This document shows, in pieces, positions 1 through 7,601 of a DNA stretch of 34,031 nt. Both the position numbers and the translations under genes were made by a program. The notes under the pieces were generated by a model that worked only from the letters and a program-made list of their open reading frames with translations, ran no database searches and was not told where the DNA came from. The DNA lies in NCBI GenBank assembly GCA_031412835.1, contig JANODS010000449.1:1-34031 (forward strand), written 5' to 3'. The stretch comes from Acidobacteriota bacterium (GTDB lineage: Bacteria > Acidobacteriota > Terriglobia > Bryobacterales > Bryobacteraceae). Numbering within the stretch: position 1 is the stretch's first letter; each line of letters starts with the position of its first letter.

Positions 1-1
1 C

Positions 2-559
2 GCCTTCGCCGATGACGAAGGCGCTGGCATCCTAATGCTCGAAGAGTTGGAGTTCGCCAAGGCCCGCGGCGCCAACATCCTGGCCGAAATCATCGGCTAC
101 GGCATGAGCGGCGACGCGTTCCACATGACCGCTCCGAGTGAAGATGGCGACGGTCCGTTCCGCATGATGCGGGCCGCCATTCGCGACGCCGGTATCGAAC
201 CCTCAGCCGTTGACTATCTGAACGCCCATGCGACCTCGACTTTCCTCGGCGACAAGATCGAGACGACGGCCATGAAGCGAGCCTTCGGCGATCACGCCTA
301 CAAGCTGGCTATCAGTTCCACCAAGTCCATGACCGGGCATCTGCTCGGCGGGGCCGGCGGGCTCGAAGCAGGCATCGCGGTGCTCGCCATCCGCGACCAA
401 ATCGCCCCGCCCACCATCAATCACGAAACACCCGATCCAGCTTGTGATCTCGACTACGTGCCGAACGTGGCCCGCCCGATGAAGATTAATGTTGCCATGA
501 GCAACTCGTTCGGCTTCGGCGGCACCAACGGCGGCCTGATCTTCCGTAAATACGAATAG
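2..559 (+). CDS. fabF: 3-oxoacyl-ACP synthase II (KAS II), C-terminal part; the 5' end lies outside the window
   Basis: The frame is open from nt 2 ([24 protein letters not shown]...). KAS C-terminal motifs are present: [32 protein letters not shown]. Stop TAG at 557-559. Confidence 0.9.
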   Translation, partial: AFADDEGAGILMLEELEFAKARGANILAEIIGYGMSGDAFHMTAPSEDGDGPFRMMRAAIRDAGIEPSAVDYLNAHATSTFLGDKIETTAMKRAFGDHAYKLAISSTKSMTGHLLGGAGGLEAGIAVLAIRDQIAPPTINHETPDPACDLDYVPNVARPMKINVAMSNSFGFGGTNGGLIFRKYE

Positions 560-560
560 C

Positions 561-1298
561 ATGAAAATCGCCGTCGCTCTCAAGCAGGTACCGGCGCGGG
601 ACTCCGCGCCCGGTGCCGCGGAATCCGATCTCCAATTCGAGATCAATGAACCAGACGCCTACGCGCTCGAAGCCGCTCTCCAGCTTCGCGAAGCGCAGGG
701 CGGCGAAGTGGTCGTCGTGTCGGCGGGTCCGGCGCGAGTCTCCACCGCCATCCGCGAGGCTCTGGCCAAAGGCGCGGACCGCGGCGTCCACATCGTCGTC
801 GACAACCTGCATCAGTTGGATGCCTTCGGCGTGGCGCAACTGCTCCGCGAAGCGGTCGCCTCCGAATCGCCCGACTTGGTGCTCACTGGTTTGCAATCCG
901 ACGATCTCGGCTCCGGCCAAACCGGAGTCATTCTCGCCGAACTCCTCGGCGTTGCCCATGCCACCCTGATCATGGCGATCGAGGTGAACGGGGCCTCCAT
1001 TCGCGTCAAGCGCGAACTCGAAGACGGCTGGTTCCAGCACGTCACCCTCCCCCTCCCCGCGGTTCTGACCATTCAAAGCGGCATCAACAAGCTTCGCTAC
1101 GCCACCCTCATGGGCATCAAGAAAGCCAAGACGAAGGAGATCCGCGAACTCTCGGGCACCGTGACCCCAGCCATGGTCGTCGCTGGCCCCGGCTACGCTC
1201 CCAGCCGCTCGAAGCAGTCGCAGATCTTCCACGGCGACCCCGAAAAAGCCGCCCAAGCGCTGGCCGAAAAACTCAAGTACGAGGTCCGCGTTATATGA
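561..1298 (+). CDS. etfB: Electron transfer flavoprotein, beta subunit
   Basis: 245 aa starting MKIAVALKQVP, with an EtfB-like layout throughout. The ATG lies 1 nt after the fabF stop. The stop overlaps the etfA start (ATGA at 1295-1298). Confidence 0.85.
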   Translation: MKIAVALKQVPARDSAPGAAESDLQFEINEPDAYALEAALQLREAQGGEVVVVSAGPARVSTAIREALAKGADRGVHIVVDNLHQLDAFGVAQLLREAVASESPDLVLTGLQSDDLGSGQTGVILAELLGVAHATLIMAIEVNGASIRVKRELEDGWFQHVTLPLPAVLTIQSGINKLRYATLMGIKKAKTKEIRELSGTVTPAMVVAGPGYAPSRSKQSQIFHGDPEKAAQALAEKLKYEVRVI

Positions 1299-2221
1299 GC
1301 GTCCTGGTCGTCCTCGAACAGACCCGCGGCGTCTACCACCGCATGAGCTGGGAAGCTTTGGCAGCCGCGTTTGAGCTTGGCCTGCCCGTCGCGGCAGCCG
1401 TCATCGGCGAGCCCGGCGAAGCCGCCACCAAAGGCATCGAACGCCTTTACGCCATTCCGGCCTTCGATTACTCCGCCGACGGCTACACTGCCGCCCTGGC
1501 GCAGCTAATCGCCCACGTCCAGCCCGCCTACGTCATCTTCCCGCACACCTACCAAGTCCGCGACTTCGCCCCGAAGTTGGCCACCCGCCTCGGTGCCGTT
1601 CTCGTCAGCGACGTCGTGAAGCTACAGGCCGATGGCACCGCCATCCGTCAGCATTTTCAAGGTAAGCTGAACTCGGACTACCGCTTCACCGGCTCCGGCC
1701 CGCGTTTCCTGTCGATTCAAGCCGGTGCCTATCGCGCCGAGTCCGTCGGCGTCGGGTCGCCGACCATCGAGCCCTTCGCGGCCGAAGCAGGCGCGGTTCG
1801 AGCCGTCGCCGAAGCACCCTTTCGAGAGTCTTCCCGCGCGGTGGATCTCACTGCGGCCGAGATCATCGTCTCGGTTGGCCGCGGCATCCAGGACAAAGAA
1901 AATCTCGTCCTCATCGAAGAGCTCGCCTCCGCGCTCGGTGCCGAACTCGCCGCCTCGCGTCCCATCTGCGACAACGGCTGGCTCCCCATGGAGCGCCAAG
2001 TCGGCAGCTCCGGCCAGACGGTTGCTCCGAAGCTGTATCTCGCCGTCGGCATCTCCGGTGCCATCCAGCATCTAGTCGGCATGAAGGGCTCTAAGACGAT
2101 CATCGCGATCAACAAAGACCCCAATGCGCCGATCTTCGAAGTCGCTGACTACGGCGTCGTCGGCGACCTCTTCGAGGTCGTTCCGGCGCTCACCGAAGCC
2201 ATCCTCAAGCTCAAAGCCTAA
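1295..2221 (+). CDS. etfA: Electron transfer flavoprotein, alpha subunit
   Basis: 308 aa. The C-terminal FAD-binding signature is present: QVGSSGQTVAPKLYLAVGISGAIQHLVGMKGSKTIIAINKDPNAPIF..ADYGVVGDLFEVVP. Confidence 0.9.
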   Translation: MSVLVVLEQTRGVYHRMSWEALAAAFELGLPVAAAVIGEPGEAATKGIERLYAIPAFDYSADGYTAALAQLIAHVQPAYVIFPHTYQVRDFAPKLATRLGAVLVSDVVKLQADGTAIRQHFQGKLNSDYRFTGSGPRFLSIQAGAYRAESVGVGSPTIEPFAAEAGAVRAVAEAPFRESSRAVDLTAAEIIVSVGRGIQDKENLVLIEELASALGAELAASRPICDNGWLPMERQVGSSGQTVAPKLYLAVGISGAIQHLVGMKGSKTIIAINKDPNAPIFEVADYGVVGDLFEVVPALTEAILKLKA

Positions 2222-3393
2222 CGCGGCAACGAGCGGATCCGGATGTTCGTAAAGTCGAGGTTCGTCTTGGGGTCGTGCGCCTGCAGCGAGATCGGTCCCG
2301 CCTTCAGCAGCGCCTGCTTGTTCCTCGGGCTCGTCCCTTCCGGATGGGGATCGTCCCAATCGGCCACCGGATAACCGTTGATCCACGTCGCCAGATGCCG
2401 CCCTTGCGCGATGATCGTTTTCGTATAGAACTGGTTGTCCGTACCCACCACGCGCCGCGCCGGTTGATGAAAGTACACTCCTCCGGTCCCGATATCCACC
2501 GGCTTGGCCCGGTCGCCGTCTTTGAATTCGTTTCGAACCTGAATCTCGTATCCGGTCCAATACCCGCCCACGGTGCCGCGCAGGAAGACCCCGCTATTGG
2601 GATGGAAGTTCGGTTCCTTTGAGTTCGCCCGCACGTCCAGTTGCAGGATAAAGTCGTCGTAAAGCCCCTTGGTCTCCAACTGCCCCGGGCCTTGCTCGAC
2701 ATGCAAGTGACCCTTCCGGACGCTCCAAACCGGCGGATTGGCCGGCGGCTTCGGCGACTTCACCTCCTGCCAGCCATTCAGATTCTTCTCGTTGAAAATG
2801 GGAGCCAGGCCGAGCGGCTTAACTCTGATATTGCGGAAGGCGATCGGCTTCTTCGGGTTGAACTGCAAACCGAGATACCCGTTCAAGGACTTACCGTCGG
2901 TCAGTTCCAACACTTTCTTGCCATCTAACTTCACGAGGCATCGCTTGCCTAAGTGGAACACTTCATAGCTCTGCCACTTCTCCGGATTAATCTTGACTTT
3001 CTTCGCCGTCCGCGCCGAGTCTAGAATGGATCCGGTCGGGAACTTCGGATGCCCATCGTAGATTTGGAGCTCGTACCCGGTGACGTGCGGATCTTTCCCC
3101 TTGGCCGAACGCAAGAACACTCCGCTATTGCCATCCGCCGCCGTCTGAAACTCCAGCTTCAGGACATAGTCGCCGAACTGCGTGTTGGTCCTGAGCCATC
3201 CGTAAGCGCCAGTATCGGCCACGATTGTGCCGTTCTCCACCCGCCACTTCGCCCCGCCCTCCACCGTCCATCCGAACAGCGTTTCCCCGTCGAACAGGGC
3301 CAACCAGCCGTCAGAAATCTCCTTCGCGGAGAGCGTGTTGAGCTGCGCGCTCAAGGTGGCAACTCCCAGCAACGTGGCCAAGATCAGTTTCAT
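2218..3393 (-). CDS. Secreted protein with two DUF1080 (3-keto-disaccharide hydrolase-like) domains
   Basis: 391 aa with signal peptide MKLILATLLGVATLSAQ. Two copies of the DUF1080 pattern occur (GW..W.VE.G....NSGVFLR....GYE[LI]Q[IV]). The stop codon overlaps the etfA stop (convergent genes). Confidence 0.75.
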   Translation of the reverse strand: MKLILATLLGVATLSAQLNTLSAKEISDGWLALFDGETLFGWTVEGGAKWRVENGTIVADTGAYGWLRTNTQFGDYVLKLEFQTAADGNSGVFLRSAKGKDPHVTGYELQIYDGHPKFPTGSILDSARTAKKVKINPEKWQSYEVFHLGKRCLVKLDGKKVLELTDGKSLNGYLGLQFNPKKPIAFRNIRVKPLGLAPIFNEKNLNGWQEVKSPKPPANPPVWSVRKGHLHVEQGPGQLETKGLYDDFILQLDVRANSKEPNFHPNSGVFLRGTVGGYWTGYEIQVRNEFKDGDRAKPVDIGTGGVYFHQPARRVVGTDNQFYTKTIIAQGRHLATWINGYPVADWDDPHPEGTSPRNKQALLKAGPISLQAHDPKTNLDFTNIRIRSLPR

Positions 3394-3410
3394 CCCTATA
3401 TACTAACTCT

Positions 3411-6400
3411 TCACGGCACGTTCCATGTCGCTGTCGCCTGCCAACCCGAGTTATTCCCCGCCATATCTCGCGCCGCGGTGTAGACAATCCGACTCCCCCG
3501 AAACCCGGGCGTACTCATCGAAAGATTCAAGTTCAAGGTAAGTACGTTCCCCGCCGCGGTCACCGAAGACCCGTTTGCCAGCAACGAACATTGGCTATTC
3601 GCCGCCAAACCAGTGCCCCCCGGCACAATCCCGGGCAGCAGATCATCCCCGACGTCTGTAACTAAGTAGATCGTATTGGCCGACCGGACATAAGCAAGGT
3701 AACAGGCGTTCCGCCCGTCTAGCGCGTTGTTGATCAGCACGTTTAGCACATTCAGATCGGCAAAGCCCTGGTCGTCCCGGAACACGGTCGCCAACGTAGC
3801 ACTCGACGAACTTACCGCCACTGGTGTCATCGACGTGACCGCCGGAGAGGTCGCCGTTGCCCCTGGAACCTGCCAGACGCCCACCGCCTGCCAACCGCTA
3901 TTCGCGCTTGCCACATCGCGCCCTGCCGCGTAGATTACCCGGTTTCCAGCGAAGGCGGTTGGAAACGTCACCCGGATACTGAGCGTCAACGTGGTGCCGG
4001 AAACGGTGGCGCTAGACCCCGCCCCCGAAGCCGAACACTGCGCATTTCCCGTCGTCCCGCTTCCATTCAAGACCAAGCCCGGCAGCAGATCCGTCCCGGC
4101 GTCGTTCATCAGATACAGCGTATTCGCTGACCGGACGTAGGCGAAGTAACACGAACTGCGACCGTCCAGAGCGTTATGGATCAGCACGTTGAGCACGTTC
4201 AGGTCCGCCGCTCCGTTGCCATCCCCAAACGGAATTGTGAACGTGGTCGTAGCTCCGGTTCCACCCGCCGGGCTCATCGCTCCCACCGTGGGCGTCACGT
4301 TGACCGTCCCCACGGTCACCGTCCCCAGCAGCGTCGCGGCACTCGCCGAACCAGGAGTATCCGTGGCGGAACCGTAGATGTTCCGCAGCCCCACAAACGC
4401 GGGCAGAAAGCGGACACTGGCGCGCAACGTCAATGTCGTCCCGGAGACGATCACCGTCGTCGAGCCTACATTAACCTGACACTGCGTATTACTCATCGTC
4501 GTATTCACGCCCGGCGTCGAAAACTGCCAGCCGGAGTTACTATTCCCGTAAAGCCGCAACTCGTTCGTGCTCCTTCGATACTCCACGCGGCAAGCGTCCG
4601 TCTGGCCCGCACCGACCGTAAACCATAAGTTCAAATTGCCCAACGTGCTCGCCCCATCCACGTCGGTGAACACCGCGTCAAACAGCACATTTGTGTTCGG
4701 TGCCGACGACGACGCCGACGGGCTCACGCTGGTCGCGGTCGGCCCACTGTTCGTGCTCAACTGGGTCACGTTGTATGCCTGCCGACCGATCGAAATCGTT
4801 CCTATCCGCGCGGTAACCGCCGAATTCCCTGTAAAATCATAGCGAACCGTGCCGTTTCCCGTTCCCGACGCGGCGCTCGTTACCGTCAGCCAACTGTCGT
4901 TGCTCAGTACCGCCCAACCGCATCCCGCCGCCGCGGTCACCGTCACCGTCGCCGACCCCGCCGCCGAGCCTACCGTCGGGTTCGCCGGACCCAACACCGC
5001 GCACGGCACTTCGTAGCCCACCCGCACCGACATGCCCGCCGCCGACGCCGAAAGCACTTGCAACGTGAGTTCCGAATACGGGTCGGCCCAACTCTGGCCC
5101 GCCGCCAGCGCCGGCTGGGTGAAGTTGGCCGAGTTAGTCGCCGCTCGGAAGTTAATCAGCCGGGAGTAGTTCGCATAGGTTGCCTCGGCCGGGTTTTCAT
5201 AGTGCCCCAACGCCCCATCGTCGAACTGCGTCGAAAACGAGCTCAAACTCGCGTCGTAGCCAATCGGCTGCCGATACTCCAGCCAGAGCCAACGATTGTT
5301 CCCGTTGCCCCGGCGGATCCGCAGCGCCTGCAACGCCGCCGTCGCCTGCTCATAAGGGGCCAACGTGAACGTGCCCCCCGCCTCCACCTGCTGCACGTTC
5401 GAACCGGCGAACCAGCCCAAAGCTTGCTTCTGCTGCGCCGCAAAATGCCCCATCAAATACCCACCGCCGCCGGTGCCGTAGCAAAGCCCCATGAGCGAGT
5501 AGCGATCCCCGTACTCATCATGCGTCCCGCTCGCGTTGAGCCCGCCGAGCACCTGCGTCCCGTAGGCCAAACTGCTGGCGTGGCTCAGACCCATTCCATG
5601 CCCAATCTCGTGCACCAGGGCACACGTCGCCAAACCCGCATTCCCCGCAAAATCCTGGCCGAGCCAAGCAACCGAGGCCGTAAAGCTCCCGCGCATCGGC
5701 GACGTGTTGTTCCGACACCCGATCGTCCCCAAGCCACCGCAGTTGCCCGGGAACACGAAGATCAGCCGCGTATATTGGGTCAGGTCCACACTCGCATCCG
5801 CCGCCGCGATCCCGGGCGTCCGAATCAGATCCGTCTGGCCGCAGGTGTAGCTTTGCGCCAGCGTGAACGGCCCGAGAACATCTCCCGCGGCCGACGTCAA
5901 GCCATAGGACGCCTCGCGCCAATGGCCGTCCACCGAGTTCGTCGCGCCCAATAGCGCCCCCCGTAGACTTGCCGCGTTCACGTTGCTCGGCAGCGCCTGC
6001 CCCGGGAAGTTCAGCAGAATGATCGCGACCCGCTGCACCCCGATTGCGGAGCAGGACGACGCCTGCCGCGGTGCCGCCGTCAACTCCACGAGACTCGCCG
6101 CGATCTCGCCGCCCAAGCGCATGCCCCGAACCCGCATCCGATCCCCACAACGGATCGTCAGCCCAGGCTCCACCAGATGAACCTCCTGCCCGCCAACCCG
6201 CAAAATCTCCCGGCTCGCGCCGTTATCGAAGTCGTCCCAAACGGTCCGCTCCGCCTCATCCTCCCACTCGCCCCACTCTTCAAGCAGCCCCGCCGCATCG
6301 GGCCTCATCCGCCGCAAGCGCTCCACCGCGTCCGCCCCCATCGCCGCCGCCATCGCCGCCTTCGGATCCTGCCGCATCCACTCTCGCAACACGTTGGCCC

Positions 6401-6530
6401 GCTCTTCGAGTTCGGCCATCGTCGCCACGCCGGACCGTTGATTCCAAGCGCGCAGCCGCGCCGCCCGATCCTGCCCCCACAGCATCCCCAGCAAGCCCAA
6501 CGATAGTAATACCAGCCGTACGGAAGCCAT
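3411..6530 (-). CDS. Large secreted zinc metalloprotease (metzincin-type HExxHxxGxxH) with a BACON-like module and three C-terminal repeat modules
   Basis: 1039 aa with signal peptide MASVRLVLLSLGLLGMLWG. HEIGHGMGLSH is encoded at 5580-5612. A BACON-like stretch follows (CGWAVLSNDSWLTVTSAASGTGNGTVRYDFTGNSAVTARIGTISI), then three modules of 144-150 aa. Confidence 0.8.
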   Translation of the reverse strand: MASVRLVLLSLGLLGMLWGQDRAARLRAWNQRSGVATMAELEERANVLREWMRQDPKAAMAAAMGADAVERLRRMRPDAAGLLEEWGEWEDEAERTVWDDFDNGASREILRVGGQEVHLVEPGLTIRCGDRMRVRGMRLGGEIAASLVELTAAPRQASSCSAIGVQRVAIILLNFPGQALPSNVNAASLRGALLGATNSVDGHWREASYGLTSAAGDVLGPFTLAQSYTCGQTDLIRTPGIAAADASVDLTQYTRLIFVFPGNCGGLGTIGCRNNTSPMRGSFTASVAWLGQDFAGNAGLATCALVHEIGHGMGLSHASSLAYGTQVLGGLNASGTHDEYGDRYSLMGLCYGTGGGGYLMGHFAAQQKQALGWFAGSNVQQVEAGGTFTLAPYEQATAALQALRIRRGNGNNRWLWLEYRQPIGYDASLSSFSTQFDDGALGHYENPAEATYANYSRLINFRAATNSANFTQPALAAGQSWADPYSELTLQVLSASAAGMSVRVGYEVPCAVLGPANPTVGSAAGSATVTVTAAAGCGWAVLSNDSWLTVTSAASGTGNGTVRYDFTGNSAVTARIGTISIGRQAYNVTQLSTNSGPTATSVSPSASSSAPNTNVLFDAVFTDVDGASTLGNLNLWFTVGAGQTDACRVEYRRSTNELRLYGNSNSGWQFSTPGVNTTMSNTQCQVNVGSTTVIVSGTTLTLRASVRFLPAFVGLRNIYGSATDTPGSASAATLLGTVTVGTVNVTPTVGAMSPAGGTGATTTFTIPFGDGNGAADLNVLNVLIHNALDGRSSCYFAYVRSANTLYLMNDAGTDLLPGLVLNGSGTTGNAQCSASGAGSSATVSGTTLTLSIRVTFPTAFAGNRVIYAAGRDVASANSGWQAVGVWQVPGATATSPAVTSMTPVAVSSSSATLATVFRDDQGFADLNVLNVLINNALDGRNACYLAYVRSANTIYLVTDVGDDLLPGIVPGGTGLAANSQCSLLANGSSVTAAGNVLTLNLNLSMSTPGFRGSRIVYTAARDMAGNNSGWQATATWNVP
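3414..4742 (-). repeat. Three tandem in-frame modules of 144-150 aa at the 3' end of the metalloprotease gene (about 4293-4742, 3846-4292, 3414-3845)
   Basis: Modules 2 and 3 share ADLNVLNVLI[HN]NALDGR..CY.AYVRSANT.YL..D.G.DLLPG...SGWQ. Module 1 is a diverged copy (LGNLNLWFTVGAGQTDACRVEYRRSTNELRLYGNSNSGWQ). The DNA-level period is about 446 nt. Confidence 0.8.
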
Positions 6531-6561
6531 CTAGCCTCACCGTACCATTGTTCCAACGCAA

Positions 6562-7248
6562 TTGCCCTCCGGCAATTCCCCTAGCCCACCCGAGTTCTGT
6601 ACGTTACCCTGGAGGTTCGTGAACGAAAAGCTCGATTCCCTTCCTCTGCGCTCGCGTACCCCCCTCGCTTGGGGCCACGCCGCCCTCGCCGATCCCATCG
6701 CCCTGCTGAACGACCACGCCTTTCTCGAAATGAAGGCCGCCCATAACGCGATGGACCTGATGACCCGCTGGCCCAACGTATGGCTGCCCGGCTGGGTGGA
6801 AGCGATGACCAGCGTCGCCCGCGATGAAGCCGCCCATCTGGCTCAGGTCACCCGCGTGCTCATCAAACGCGGCGGTCGCCTCGTCCGCTCCCACAAAGCC
6901 GCCTACCCGCGCGATCTCCGGGCCCATGTCCGCAACGGCGGCTCCGACGAACTCCTCGACCGCCTCTTCGTCTCCGCCCTCATCGAAGCCCGCTCCTGCG
7001 AGCGCTTCGCCGTCCTGGCCGAAGCCGCCGCCGAGAGCGAGCCGGAGCTCGCCAAGTTCTACCTGGCCCTCTACTCCTCCGAACTCGGGCACTTCAAAAT
7101 CTTCCTGAAGCTGGCTCACAAGATCGCCGACAAGGACACCGTCGAATCCCGCTGGTCCACGTGGCTCGACACCGAAGCCGCCGTCCTGGCGGCGCAAAGG
7201 CCCGGATCGTTGATCCATTCCGGCTTGCCTTCCTCCCCTCATTCGTGA
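6562..7248 (+). CDS. miaE: tRNA-(ms2io6A)-hydroxylase (MiaE-like di-iron protein)
   Basis: MiaE-type helices are present: LLNDHAFLEMKAAHNAMDLM, ARDEAAHL, EARSCERFAVLAE, SELGHFKIF. The true start may be GTG 6619, preceded by GGAGG at 6611-6615. The first 19 codons look non-conserved. Confidence 0.7.
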   Translation: MPSGNSPSPPEFCTLPWRFVNEKLDSLPLRSRTPLAWGHAALADPIALLNDHAFLEMKAAHNAMDLMTRWPNVWLPGWVEAMTSVARDEAAHLAQVTRVLIKRGGRLVRSHKAAYPRDLRAHVRNGGSDELLDRLFVSALIEARSCERFAVLAEAAAESEPELAKFYLALYSSELGHFKIFLKLAHKIADKDTVESRWSTWLDTEAAVLAAQRPGSLIHSGLPSSPHS

Positions 7249-7265
7249 TACCCAGTTAGCTAGGT

Positions 7266-7601
7266 ATGGCTAGCAAACAATCCAGCGTCCTCCAGGGCAC
7301 CCTGAACCTCCTCGTCCTCCAGGCGCTTTCGATTCGTGGCTCGCTCCACGGATACGCCATCGCCACGCTGATCTTCACGGCCTCGCAGGACCACCTCAAA
7401 ATCGAGGAAGGCTCGCTTTACCCGGCTCTGCATCGGATGGAACAGGACGGTTGGATCTCCGCGACTTGGGGCACGTCGGAACTCGGTCGCCGGGCTCGTT
7501 TCTACGAGATCACCGCCGCTGGTCAGAGCCAGTTGAATGCCGAAAAGCAGCACTGGCTGGCGATTACCAACGCCGTCAACCACGTCCTACAATGGGCGTG
7601 A
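7266..7601 (+). CDS. PadR-family transcriptional regulator (acidobacterial type)
   Basis: 111 aa with the winged-helix PadR signature LNLLVLQAL....HGYAI......L.IEEGSLYPALHRMEQDGWI. Confidence 0.85.
   Translation: MASKQSSVLQGTLNLLVLQALSIRGSLHGYAIATLIFTASQDHLKIEEGSLYPALHRMEQDGWISATWGTSELGRRARFYEITAAGQSQLNAEKQHWLAITNAVNHVLQWA

Noticed and set aside
2218-2221. The convergent gene pairs with overlapping 3' ends could be regulatory antisense arrangements. They are etfA with the DUF1080 gene at 2218-2221, and the permease with the serine hydrolase at 9977-9988.
   Set aside because: Short convergent overlaps are common in compact high-GC genomes. No associated structure or motif was seen.
7451-7591. 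The track start of the permease ORF lies inside padR.
   Set aside because: The extension reads as shadow sequence (MDLRDLGHVGTRSPG...). The family-typical N-terminus begins at ATG 7592 or 7601, at the padR stop.
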